From: Laetmonice hystrix
Taxonomy: Eukaryota
Reading direction: 5' to 3'
DNA length: 64,000 nt
Assembly (NCBI GenBank): GCA_965235115.1
Contig: OZ249436.1
Coordinates: 19,718,001-19,782,000, forward strand
Below are positions 38,886-51,700 of the stretch, piece after piece (within the stretch, counting starts at the first letter, position 1; each line of letters opens with the position of its first letter). Made by a program: the position numbers and the translations under genes. The notes beneath the pieces are model-generated. The model saw only the letters and a list, made by a program, of their open reading frames with translations. It made no database searches and was not told the origin of the DNA.

Positions 38886-39002
38886 CCGTTTCACACATCG
38901 TCCCTTCATATCCGTCCACGCAGGCACAGCTGAAGGTGTTGATCGCAGGTTCTGAACATGTCCCGCCATTTTGACAGGGATTAGGTGAGCACTCGTTAAT
39001 AT
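38886..39002 (-). CDS. EGF exon [39 protein letters not shown]
   Basis: AG/GTAAG flanks, 117 nt. Confidence 0.92.
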
Positions 39003-39112
39003 CTGTACAGGTGGTAATAGATAGAGGTACTGTATGAGTTACATCATATGGCACATATGAAGTATCGCGAGGCCATATTGTTAACATTCGTTAACGTCTA
39101 TAAAATACATAT

Positions 39113-40259
39113 ACCTTAATCCCCACTTACCTGTCCTATTCCCTAGCGCATAAAATTTCAATTTTCAACCAGCTCAGCATGTCCTATTCAAAATGTGACA
39201 GATATACGACCTGTTTTTGATAGGGATGTTCTGTTATCGGTTGTTACCGCCGACCAATGCAGTACCTTTTCGGACTTAGACAATTTTCGGCCACTTCGAG
39301 AATAGGACACACTCTAAAAACAGATTGGTTAAAACAACCAGGATCCTGGTTAAAATCAACCAATCTTCTGCATGGATATGTGTCCAATCGATCTCATGGT
39401 CAAAATAACCAATCCAATATCGTTACCCTATCAACCAATGTGGATTGGGTGGTTGTTGACCAATATGCACCGTCATCGCAACCATTATTTTGGTTAATAC
39501 CCAGCAGGCAAAACTCATGGCTTTCCCGTGGAATACGTGTGGGTATGACCCGTGGAATACGCGTGGGAAACTGTAATTTGAAAGAGTAATCCACGTGGAT
39601 ATGTCCACGTGGATTAAAAGTGTCGTTTTCCATGTCATATCCCTCAGTTTTTCATTTCATATACCCTAGGTTTCCACATCATACACACCGTGGGTCTGAT
39701 ATCAGGCTATTTTTAGCCATGATATGGCCGCCATGGTTGAGTGGTCACTGACTCCGAAACCCTTATGCCTTTTTGGCGCTGCTGGTGGGACTCGAATCGT
39801 GGATCTCCTGATCACAGGTCCGCGCCTCTGACCAATCGGCCACGCTTGTAGCTTGTATTTTGCACGGTTGGAATCCTGTTTTTCCTCGCGTTAGCGAGGG
39901 GGTTTATTGATAGCACCCCTCGGTTGATTATTCTTTTCTCTCGAAAAAAAAAATCCAAGGAGTTCTAGACACAAAATTAACTTCTTATGTAAATAATTTG
40001 GTGAAAGTAAACAAAGAATCTAGAGGGGTGTTCATAGCCTGGTCCCCTGCCTACCAGATATACGTAGCAGTCAGACCTGGGGACCAGGCTAGGGTGTTTA
40101 GAGAACACGAGACCCGTCGACTAGTTTTGTTGGTTGAAACCTGAACCAAAAATATTGGTTAGCTGCCAATGGACTGTATTGGTCAATAAGTATCAACCAT
40201 ATTGGTTGTTTTGTTAACCAGTCTGTTTTTAGAGTGCAGGTAAGTGGGGGTTTAAGGTA
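39113..40259. mobile_element. MITE whose right TIR is split by a CACT-ended element (39310-40236, 2-bp TSD CA)
   Basis: Left end ccttaatccccacttacctgtcctattc; right end gaataggaca[insert]caggtaagtgggggtttaagg. Confidence 0.8.
39774..39850 (-). pseudogene. tRNA-like sequence (GTG in the anticodon-loop position); tRNA pseudogene or SINE head
   Basis: TGGCCGATTGG A box and GATTCGAGTCC B-box-like motif, but the acceptor stem does not pair. Confidence 0.5.
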
Positions 40260-40353
40260 ACCTTATTTCTATAAGAGCGAGGTAAGGTATAACTTGGAAC
40301 GCCTTCCTTGAAAGCGCACTCAGCATCAATTAACAAGTTTGGAAAATTTGGGT

Positions 40354-40397
40354 TGTTCCTCCATTCTGGCAAGGCATGTGATTACATTCGTCAATAT
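40354..40397 (-). pseudogene. Half EGF exon DIDECNHMPCQNGGT, then non-EGF sequence and a stop
   Basis: ttacag acceptor; its upstream intron resembles that of the 34930 exon. Confidence 0.8.
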
Positions 40398-40519
40398 CTG
40401 TAAATGAAGAATATTTCCGTTGTTTACGTACTTCGGGTGGATACAAGGTAATAATAGATCTATTGCGTATAATTTAGGTAAAAATATTACATTTCCTGTT
40501 TCTCCTCTTCTTTTCTCTC

Positions 40520-41535
40520 GTCAAATAAAGGTATTGTGTCAAATAAAGTAGCATCTAGGACTTTCTATTCGTGTTAAACAGTAACTATGGCCCTACCTGG
40601 GACCATTTACGAGTTATAGCCAGAGATATCGACAGTAACCCATCTTCAAAACTTTACGGTCACGTGGTTGAGCGAAAATATGTCAAAGCGCTTATCCGTG
40701 CAGTTCTTGTGGAGCTCTCGTTACAGAGTGCTGCTGCCAAATATTGTCAACTTTTATCAAAAAATAGCGAGTAGCGAATTGACCGATTTGTGGTCTCCCT
40801 AAGGTCAAATTTCAAAGGTCAAATGAAGGGTCCGATTGAGGCAACACCCTTGCCTGACTATAACGCCATGACGGGTTTTGGAAATTCCCAAGGTGAGCTT
40901 GTGAGCTTCAAAAATGGCCTAAAAGCACAAAACACGTTTAACGTCATGACGTGACGTCACGTGACGCCATGACGTACTGTGAGATCAGAGTTTGTTATTG
41001 TCAAGACGTATGCTAAGGTCCATTTAGATATCTTGGAAAATGACTGAGATACATAGGTTAACTACTACTACAGGAATAAAAATAGAGAAGATGAAACCAA
41101 ACAATTTTAAGATCCCGTCCCCTATCGGGGGAAGGGATAACTAGATACGTTGTGGTGATACCACAATAGATCCCATTCCCGGGGTGTCCGGTCCAACATG
41201 TTCTGAGAAGGGATAACTATGGTGCTATCTTGCACCCGTGACGACGTATAAGCCTTAGTAGATGCAAATTACATTATTATGACCTATGACGTGATGTTAT
41301 GACAGTTACAAAAGGTCAATGACATCATAATGACGTAACACGTCATGGTACGTAATGAATCTTGGTGTCAATTAAAAGAGCATGTATTACATGTATGACT
41401 TCCTACTCGTGTTCAGTATAGTAACTGTGGCGCTTACTTCTACCATCTACAAGTTATAACTTTAACCATTTTCAAGTTATAACCCTGAAAATATGGATGA
41501 CATCGATATGATGTCATAGATCACGTGACAAAATA
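40520..41535 (+). mobile_element. Two Helentron/HINE-like non-autonomous pieces joined tail-to-head at 41140
   Basis: (ACT)n tract and 3' hairpin atcccgtcccctatcgggggaagggat, followed directly by the head actagatacgttgtgg..ccacaa. Confidence 0.6.
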
Positions 41536-42207
41536 GCATGAACAAGCTTGTTCCTACCTACAATCCTGTGATGGTCTGATCTTTAATAAAGAAATAATCA
41601 ACTGAAATGTAGCTAGACATTCTCCCCCTGGCTTCGTCTGCTTGTCTGCCCTACTTGTCCACAAATCGTTATGTGGCCGCCAGGCGGAACGAACCACGCA
41701 GATTCCCGGCCAGAGGGCCGCTATCCAAGTACCGCCGCGATTCCACTTTTACCAGAAACATGCCCATGATGGCGACAGATTCATTGACGATTTCAGAGAG
41801 GGTTGCAAACGATAGCTGCACACAAACTCTGTATTTGTTAACATGCCCCAATAAAGGTGTCAAGAGACAGAAAAAGGTGTCTGCTGTCACCGGCAAGAGT
41901 ACACAGTCAGTAGTGTGATAGTGAGTGAGTGAGAGTCCCATGAAGCCCGTAGGGGGTAATGCGTCTGAAAATAGCGAATGACCCATACGGTATTGTTAAA
42001 AGTCGCCTTAGGCAGTGTTCCACTTATCGGCGCGACCTTAGACATTTCACATGGTGTTACTGGTGTTCAAAGATACGTTAGTGAGGAACTTTGCCTGCCT
42101 CTTTAACTCAGTCACAATTTTATAGTCTTTTCTCCTTTTTAAACATGAAAAGGCCCTTAATTCCCGTACTGCACCCAGCTCTTAAATCGCAGATACTGTT
42201 GTGATAT

Positions 42208-42670
42208 GGGTCATTCCACGTCAAATCGACAAATATTCAGAAAAATCCCCGGGTGAACCCCTTAGAATTCAAACATTTTTTGCATACATGTGCTACAACA
42301 AATATTAGGAACCCCTGCAAACTTTTAGGGCAAAATACCCAATAGTTTTGAAGATGTGACCCTTTAAACATGCCGGGGGGGGTGCGAATTTCGTGCGCTT
42401 TTTTTCGCGTGTTATTTTTCATGTCATGTTCAAGTCCCTATAACCTTTGATCCAGAATCTTTTAATTCATTAACTATTGATTGATATCTCCTGATAGCAG
42501 CCTGTGAGATGAACCAATCCTGAAAATTTCAGAACTCTACTTCTTCTGGATCAAAAGTTATAGGGACTTGAACATGACATGAAAAATAACACGCAAAGAA
42601 AAGCTTGCGAAATTTGCAACCCCCCCCCCCCCCCGGCATGTTTAAAAGGTCATATCTTCAAAACTATTGG
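42208..42670. mobile_element. Truncated foldback MITE with a GGGTCATTCCA terminus
   Basis: Terminus at 42208; inverted arms at about 42338-42460 and 42544-42670. Confidence 0.7.
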
Positions 42671-42810
42671 ATATATTGTGACTAAATCTGTTCTGCTAAC
42701 CTAACCTTACTAATATATTTAATTATGAAGACATACTTCTTCTATCAGAGTACAACGTACTTGATTATTGTCGAGTAAGTAGATGGTGTAGATACGACAT
42801 ATCGACCTAC

Positions 42811-42924
42811 CTGTTTCACAATTCGTTCCCGTGTATCCGTCAGCACAGTTACAATTCGCCGTATCTATTCCGTCTACACACGTACCCCCATTCATACACA
42901 CGACTGCTACACAGTCGTCAATGT
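42811..42924 (-). CDS. EGF exon [38 protein letters not shown]
   Basis: ccacag/GTAGGT flanks, 114 nt. Confidence 0.92.
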
Positions 42925-43221
42925 CTGTGGAAAGATGAATAAAAAGGTACATATAGATATGACCAAAGTACATATAGATGGTGGAATTATGGTGACGTGG
43001 GGACTGTCCCTATCACTTTATTCAACTTTAAGGGCCTATCCTAGAATTATTGTTGCCATTTGTAGATCTTTAATATTGCTATAATTATCTATGCCTAGTC
43101 CTAGATCATGTTCCATTGCGCACCTAACGCTAAGCCCCACCGCATCCAATATGAGCCTATTATTTCTTCCGCCGCCATTGCAGTGTTAACTGAAGTTAAC
43201 CACTTGACGCTTATAGCATTG

Positions 43222-45297
43222 ACCCATGCAGTCACAACTGACCCAAGACGTCATTACTCTTACTCGTATCACAGAGTGTCCCAGTAAATCCACCCATACA
43301 GTCACAACTGACCCAAGACGTCATTACTCTTACTCGTTTCACAGATTGTCCCAGTAAATCCACCCATGCAGTCACTACTGACCCAAGACGTCATTACTCT
43401 TACTCGTATCACAGAGTGTCCCAGTAAATCCACCCATACAGTCACAACTGACCCAAGACGTCATTACTCTTACTCGTTTCACAGATTGTCTCAGTAAATC
43501 CACCCAAACAGTCACAACTGACCCAAGACGTCATTACTCTTACTCGTATCACAGAGTGTCCCAGTAAATCCACCCATGCAGTCACTACAGACCCAAGACG
43601 TCATTACTCTTACTCGTATCACAGAGTGTCCCAGTAAATCCATCCATACAGTCACTACTGACCCAAGACGTCATTACTCTTACTCGTTTCACAGATTGTC
43701 CCAGTAAATCCACCCATGCAGTCACTACAGACCCAAGACGTCATTACTCTTACTCGTATCACAGAGTGTCCCAGTGAATCCACCCATGCAGTCACTACTG
43801 ACCCAAGACGTCATTACTCTTACTCGTTTCACAGATTGTCCCAGTAAATCCACCCAAACAGTCACAACTGACCCAAGACGTCATTACTCTTACTCGTATC
43901 ACAGAGTGTCCCAGTAAATCCACCCATGCAGTCACTACTGACCCAAGACGTCATTACTCTTACTCGTATCACAGAGTGTCCCAGTAAATCCACCCAAACA
44001 GTCACTACTGACCCAAGACGTCATTACTCTTACTCGTATCACAGAGTGTCCCAATAAATCCATCCATACAGTCACTACTGACCCAAGACGTCATTACTCT
44101 TACTCGTATCACAGATTGTCTCAGTAAATCCACCCATACAGTCACAACTGACCCAAGACGTCATTACTCTTACTCGTATCACAGAGTGTCCCAGTAAATC
44201 CACCCATACAGTCACTACTGACCCAAGACGTCATTACTCTTACTCGTATCACAGAGTGTCCCAGTAAATCCACCCATGCAGTCACTACTGACCCAAGACG
44301 TCATTACTCTTACTCGTATCACAGAGTGTCCCAGTAAATCCACCCAAACAGTCACAACTGACCCAAGACGTCATTACTCTTACTCGTATCACAGAGTGTC
44401 CCAGTAAATCCACCCAAACAGTCACAACTGACCCAAGACGTCATTACTCTTACTCGTATCACAGAGTGTCCCAGTAAATCCACGCAAACAGTCACAACTG
44501 ACCCAAGACGTCATTACTCTTACTCGTATCACAGATTGTCCCAGTAAATCCACCCATACAGTCACTACTGACCCAAGACGTCATTACTCTTACTCGTATC
44601 ACAGAGTGTCCCAGTAAATCCACCCATACAGTCACTACTGACCCAAGACGTCATTACTCTTACTCGTATCACAGATTGTCCCAGTAAATCCACCCAAACA
44701 GTCACTACTGGCCCAAGACGTCATTACTCTTACTCGTATCACAGATTGTCCCAGTAAATCCACCCATGCAGTCACTACTGACCCAAGACGTCATTACTCT
44801 TACTCGTATCACAGAGTGTCCCAGTAAATCCACCCATGCAGTCACTACTGACCCAAGACGTCATTACTCTTACTCGTATCACAGATTGTCTCAGTAAATC
44901 CACCCATACAGTCACTACTGACCCAAGACGTCATTACTCTTACTCGTATCACAGATTGTCTCAGTAAATCCACCCATACAGTCACTACTGACCCAAGACG
45001 TCATTACTCTTACTCGTATCACAGATTGTCCCAGTAAATCCACCCATGTACAGTCACAACTGACCCAAGACGTCATTACTCTTACTCGTATCACAGAGTG
45101 TCCTAGTAAATCCACCCATGTACAGTCACAACTGACCCAAGACGTCATTACTCTTACTCGTATCACAGAGTGTCCCAGTAAATCCACCCATACAGTCACT
45201 ACTGACCCAAGACGTCATTACTCTTACTCGTTTCACAGATTGTCCCAGTAAATCCACCCATACAGTCACAACTGACCCAAGACGTCATTACTCTTAC
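43222..45297 (-). repeat. 70-bp tandem array, about 30 copies; each unit is the 3' half of an EGF exon plus a splice donor
   Basis: Minus-strand unit GTAAGAGTAATGACGTCTTGGGTCAG TTGTGACTGTATGGGTGGATTTACTGGGACAATCTGTGAAACGA, encoding [14 protein letters not shown]. Confidence 0.95.
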
Positions 45298-45414
45298 TTG
45301 TTTCACACATCGTCCCTGTAAATCCGGTCACGCAGTCACACATGAAACTGTTGAATGCAGGTGTTGTACATGTCCCGCTATTATTACAGGGAGTAGATGA
45401 GCACTCGTCAAAAT
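45298..45414 (-). CDS. EGF exon [39 protein letters not shown]
   Basis: ttacag/GTAAG flanks, 117 nt. Confidence 0.92.
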
Positions 45415-46605
45415 CTGTAAATATGGCAACCAGAATAATTCATTCAACTTATGGTCAACATTTAAATGACTATATTTTCCCTACTTTAAAAGTGTCAAAT
45501 TTCACCCTCAGAAGGCACGATTTGATGCCGATTCTGGAGGGAGTATGCCCCTAGACCACCGGAAGAGTTGTCTTCGCCTCGTCTGGTTACGGCCTTGACT
45601 TATCGTGAAAAGGGTCGAGTGAAATGATCGCTTTTAACTCCAGAGGATCCATAGGCCTAATTTCCCAAAGCTTCAAATTATCGTTTGATAAATTTTGAGA
45701 GAGAGGCATATTTGAATTGCTCTTCTTGATTTTTCGCGTTTCTCGGGGGCACTGGTGGCGCCGCCTATCATGGGAAGAGGTTCCACCTTACACACCCAGC
45801 CTCAGATAACCAAGTCGGGGGGGGGGGGGGGTCACAACATACTCCCCCCATCCCTCCCCGTCACCCCCACAATACTTGCTATCAGAATAATGACGGATTT
45901 ATCGCTGTATTTCTTTACGTACTATCATTCCACATTTAACACCCGCACACAAACAGCATCGAGACGTTATCCAGTGTTTATAATCGACCTGTTTGACTCA
46001 TTGTTTAAAATCTGGGGGTGGTTTCATTTAAAAAAAAAACATATCTGAAGAGTTCAAATAGAGTGCCGTTGGGTTTAAGAAATACCCGGGTTCGAACGGG
46101 GGACAATTTTAAGGCAGGTTGTACATCTATAACGGTTGTCCACTTTTCCTTTTGCAATTTCTTCCTGGTGTACGAAGTGAAGATGACAAAATGTGTGTAT
46201 TCAGCAAAACAAATCATGCAGAGGGAAAATATTCACCATCTCTAATTTCATATATTTCTATTTTTTAGAATTGAAGACGCGTCACAGCGAACGCACACTA
46301 ATAACGCACAAGTGCGTTATTAGCGAACGATGAAGATAGCGATCGTTGCGTTAAAGTGTTTCACAAGCATTTGCGTAATTGTCCCCGGACTCCCTTACTT
46401 TTCAATTTAAGTATCCACATTACGTATTTTCGTAGAATTGCCACCTTTATATTTCACAATGGGAAATTAGCGCAGACCCTTATAGGTGCGCGTTAATTAA
46501 ACGATTTTAGAGCCAGACAACGCGCGCTATGAACGCATAGTGCGTTGCGTTATTTGCGTATCTGCGTTAATAACGCAGCTGCGTTATTAGTTATGAAACG
46601 AGGCC

Positions 46606-47340
46606 CTGTATCGCATAACACGCCTCCGTATCCTGCGACACACTGGCATGAAAACCCGTTAACCGCGTCCATACAGGCGCCACCATTCTGACAGATGTAG
46701 AATTTGCGTGGGCGGGTGAGCGTGAGGGAGAGCGTGAGGGAAAGCGTGAGGGAGTGAGGGAGAGCGTGAGGGAGAGCGTGGGGGAGTGAGGGAGAGCGTG
46801 AGGGAGAGCGTGAGGGAGAGCGTGAGGGAGAGCGTGAGGGAGAGCGTGAGGGAGAGCGTGAGGGAGAGCGTGAGGGAGAGCGTGTGGGAGAGCGTGACGG
46901 AGAGCGTGACGGAGAGCGTGACGGGGAGCGTGACGGAGAGCGTGACGGAGAGCGTGAGGGAGAGCGTGAGGGAGAGCGTGGGGGAGAGCGTGAGGAAGAG
47001 CGTGAGGGAGAGCGTGAGGGAGAGCGTGACGGAGAGCGTGAGGGAGAGCGTGAGGGAGAGCGTGACGGAGAGCGTGACGGAGAGCGTGACGGAGAGCGTG
47101 ACGGGGAGCGTGACGGAGAGCGTGACGGAGAGCGTGACGGAGAGCGTGAAGGAGAGCGTGGGGGAGAGCGTGAGGGAGAGCGTGTGGGAGAGCGTGTGGG
47201 AAAGCGTGACGGAGAGCGTGAGGGAGAGCGTGAGGGAGCGCGTGACGGAGAGCGTGACGGAGAGCGTGACGGAGAGCGTGACGGGGAGCGTGACGGAGAG
47301 CGTGACGGAGAGTAAGAACTGATGCAATTATGTAGACATC
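46606..47340 (-). pseudogene. EGF exon interrupted in frame by a 12-bp repeat; donor site lost
   Basis: Reads HNC-ISSY-(SPSR)n-...[30 protein letters not shown], followed by GG rather than GT. Confidence 0.7.
46716..47312. repeat. 12-bp minisatellite gagagcgtga(c/g)g, about 50 copies
   Basis: Direct periodicity. Confidence 0.95.
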
Positions 47341-47743
47341 CTGTTCTACTAATATTTGTGTGCCCTTTATTATTCGGTGCGAATCCGTGCATAGAACATT
47401 GTTAAAGTAGCGTTCAGAGGAGGAAGATGATAACATAACGATATGGGATGAAAATGATGACGATGGCGGATAAGATGATGATGGGACGAAAAAGAAAAGG
47501 CAGAGGAAGAAGAAACAAATAAAGTGAAAGAAGAAGAAGCTGAGCAAAAAGTAAAAGATGAAGGGGAAGGAAAAAATGAAGGAGAAGGATGACATGATGG
47601 CAATGATGGCGATGATGATGAAGAAGACGGAGGAGAAAGAGACGAAGGGGTAGGAGAAGCTAAAGAAGCAGAAAAAATGTCAGTCAGAGTGATTAAGACG
47701 AATTGTGTATCCCCTCAAACTGTCCTTTCGATTCGTCACCTAC

Positions 47744-47842
47744 TTGTTTGACAGAGATTGCACGTGAATCCTGGCGGACCGTCACATGAGAAACTTGCGA
47801 TTACTACTGCAGTTCTAACTGCATCGCGAATACATTATTAAT
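47744..47842 (-). pseudogene. Decayed EGF exon (99 nt; TAA TAA near the start; ends FSCDGPPGFTCNLCQT|GTAG)
   Basis: AG/GT retained but with in-frame stops and Cys changes; second copy at 57022-57120. Confidence 0.7.
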
Positions 47843-47900
47843 CTGATGACAATGTAAGAAGATGTAAGTGACTAGAAGTAATGATTTCTAAACCACCCAC

Positions 47901-48014
47901 CTGTTTCGCAGATGTCGCCAGTATAGCCGGCGACACATTGGCAGGTATACATGTTGACTTCATCCATACACGTACCACCATTAGTACACGGCATGGACAG
48001 ACACTCATCAATGT
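47901..48014 (-). CDS. EGF exon [38 protein letters not shown]
   Basis: ttttag/GTGGGT flanks, 114 nt. Confidence 0.92.
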
Positions 48015-48327
48015 CTAAAAATGGTAAAAGGATTTGTTCCTTATAATGGTTGACCCCGGGCTTTAACTTGCAATAGGATTATAAGTCATCTACACAAGCA
48101 TTGCACTAAGCATTAACTACAATCAGGTGTGTCCTCATGCTACGAAGAGATTGTCTTCTAGAATATACGGATAGCCACTTTCAACCGGGCTACCTACTAT
48201 CGACTATATGTATAGTATAGACATAGGCATAGACACCAAGAATTGGAAGTCACCACAGTCAATGTCTTCTGACATTGGGAAATACACCTATATCGGTCTA
48301 ATAATACATGCGGGGGTTGAATAGCTT

Positions 48328-48349
48328 AGAAGAAGAAGAAGAAGAAGAA

Positions 48350-48381
<32 letters not shown>

Positions 48382-48457
48382 AGAAAGAGACGAAGGGGTT
48401 GGAGAAGTTAAAGAAGAAGAAGTTAAAGAAGAAGAAGAAGAAGAAGAAGAAGAAGAA

Positions 48458-48488
<31 letters not shown>

Positions 48489-48754
48489 AAGAAGAAGAAG
48501 AAGAAGAAGAAGAAGAAGAAGAAGAAAGAGACGAAAGGGTTGGAGAAGTTAAAGAAGAAGAAGAAGAAGAAGAAGAAGAAGAAGAAGAAGAAGAAGAAGA
48601 ACAAGAACAAGAACAAGAACAAGAACAAGAAGAAGAAGAAAGAGACGAAGGGGTTGGAGAAGAAGAAGAAGAAGAAGAAGAACAAGAAGAACAAGAACAA
48701 GAAGAACAAGAAGAACAAGAACAAGAAGAACCAGAAGAACAAGAACAAGAAGAA
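48328..48754. repeat. (GAA)n-based microsatellite
   Basis: Visible directly. Confidence 0.95.
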
Positions 48755-51700
48755 CTAGATACGTTGTGGAGTACCACAATGGATCCCATCCCCGGGGTGT
48801 CCCATGTAACATGTTCTGAATAGGGATAACTATGGTACTATCTTGCACCCGTGACGACTTATGAGCCTTAGAAGATGGAAGTTACGTCATTATGACGTTA
48901 TGCTACGTCATAAATATTGATCTCAATGGACTTCCTATTCATGTTCAAAAATAACTATAGGTGTATCTAGCACCGTTTACTAGTTACAGGCTTCTACCAA
49001 TCCTTAGAAGGGCTCAGTTACGTCATAAGGATGTAATAGATCACACAACAGAATAAATCTTGGTATCAATTGAAAAAACATAATGAGGACTTCCTGTTTA
49101 TATTCAATACTAACTATGGGTCTAACTCCTACCATTTACAAGTTAAAACCCTGAGAAAATATCGATGACATCTTTATGTCATGGGTCACGTGACCTAAGA
49201 AATAATGATGCCAAACGAAAGAGTATACATGACTTCCTATTCGTGTTCAATAGTAACTATGGGTCTAACTTCAAGCATTAACAAGTTATATCCCTTAGAA
49301 AATATCGATGACATCTTTACGACGTCACAGGTCACGTGACCTTAAGGATGACGATACCAAGTGATAGCAAGTTATAGCCCTCACAAAATATAGGTTCACT
49401 GGCTGTGGTAATCAGTACCAGTTCAATCCAGTATTAGCTTGTCAGATGGCGTAGCACTGGCGATAAGTGTCTTGACTCACATGCTATGGGTCGCCGGTTC
49501 AATCCCAGGCCGAGTCGCCTATTTTTTTGGACTTCTACCGGAAGGGTCCCGCGTTCAATCCCAGGCCGAGTCACGTTTCTTTTTCTTTTTGTTTTTTCCC
49601 TCTAATTTTTAAAAATGGTCACGTGACCTCAAAAAAAAAATATCATAAAAGAGCATAATGACTTCTTATCTGTGTTTAATAGTAACCAATGCCAAATCTG
49701 GCACCGTTTACAAGTTCTAGAAAATTGACAATTTTTCGAAATTTCAAAGTCACGTGATTCAGCGAATATTAGTCAAATCGCTTATCTTTTGATGATTTGA
49801 GACAAGCTCATGTTAGAGAGTCCTTCTGTCTAATATTGTTGAATTTTACCAAAAAATGAAGAAGGAGTAGCGATTTAAGAGATTTGTGACTGAGGACCCA
49901 GTTCTCCCAAAGTTCAAGGTCAAATGACAAATGAAGGGTCCATGTTAGACTAGACCCTTGCCTGATTAAAACGCCATGATGGGGTTTGGAAATTCCCAAT
50001 ATGAACGTCATGACGTGACGTCATACGTCACGTCACGTGATATGTCACAACTCATTGTCTGACCAGTCCTTGTCATGGTCAAGATGTGTGCCAAATTTGA
50101 TTGAGATATCTTGAAAACTGACTGAGATAGACGTCACTGTTTACTACTACTACTACTACTACTACTACGACGCAAAGAACTAGACACGTTGTGGCGATAC
50201 CACAATTGATCCCATCCCCGGGGAGTCACGTGATATATGACTTCCTATTCCTGTTCAATAGTAACCATGGCTCAATCTTTCACCGTTTACGAGTTGGAGG
50301 CTTAAGAAAATAATGTTAACATCATTATAATCTCATACGTCATGATCCTGCTTTCATGCAGGCTTAGATCCAGTACCGCAAGAAAGGAGGGGCACCAAAG
50401 GTGCAAGGCGAACATGGGCGCGGGGGGGACTTGAATATAGAAAGTCAAAGAACGTTACTTCTGGAGCTAGATGTGAAGTTTCTCAAAGTATTTCAGGCGC
50501 ATGTAGGGGTCCGGGGGTTGGACCCCCTCTCCTGCTCCCCCAGAGCATAGATTCATTTTTCCTTAGATTCAGCGGGACACCATCGAACGAACAGGTGCAA
50601 AGCCTTCTGCCTATTTTAAACTGGTTGAGTGATGAATAGGCCTACACAAAATATGGTGCACTAAATGGGTCCATAAAAGGCTTCTAATTTAAAAAAAAAA
50701 CATTTCGGCGACCACCCTGCTGAAAATCCTAGATACGTGGCTGTATTTAGACCTAGCCTAACAATAATGTCAATTCTTCAAAAAGAAAGAGTGCAGATAC
50801 GCCCCTGACATGTCGAAAGGGATCATAGAGATCTACTGCATGGTATATCTACCTATTTTGATATTTTAATCATTGTGGAAGGATACATTAAAATCGTAAT
50901 TATATCTAGAGACTCTGATTGCCAAGCAATACAGGTAGGTCCCATTTCCCGAATGGTTTTCTATCATTACCTATATTTTTCTCTCATTTAATTATTGTCC
51001 CAACAATAGCGTCATTTCCATTCACATGGAAGTTACTAAGTATCCTTTTGACATTATGAAATATTATAGTCCTTATGGATTATATGGATTATACCCGTTA
51101 CGGGCATCATGAAAAATCTCACAGACTCAAGAACAATAGGTGCGAATGTCATCCACACCAGGCTGTTGGCTCACGCTGAAACCAAGTGCAGCTGGCCAAA
51201 AGTTTGCCGTGTCTCTTGAACTCCACAGCCAACAATCAGTAGTAGCCTAGTGTTTTATTCAGCTCTCCTATGTAAGATTTAAAAACAAATGCATTAGACA
51301 GTTATATCTACAGTTCAAAGGCACAGCTAATTCAGTTATGTCAGTTCTGAATACACAATCATCCTCCACCAAACCGACCCTGACTGGGAGGGAGGGGGCG
51401 GAGTCACAACCCGCCTGCCGACCCGGCCGCCTGGCCGGCCCTTATCACCAGCGCTTACGTAACCCTCTGCCGACCCTGGCTCTGGCCTCCCAGCAGGTGA
51501 TTTGTGTATTCAGAGATGCCACCTGTCAGAGTGTAAAAATATTATAGTGAAGACTATACCCATTAAAACTTACAATTCTGGCCATATTACCTTTCCAAAA
51601 CAAGAACTAAACAGTCAGTGGTATACCTGAATCTATACACTTTGTAATTGTTGTATTTGTATATGGCTATCTTAAACAGGTTTAAGGTAGAGCCTGTCAA

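Noticed and set aside
48298..48848. Poly-K/S/F/L ORFs, and the poly-E/V ORF at 57575-58087
   Set aside because: Translations of trinucleotide microsatellites.
49435..49520. tRNA gene
   Set aside because: A B-box-like GGTTCAATCCC is present but there is no good cloverleaf; it is embedded in a repeat element.
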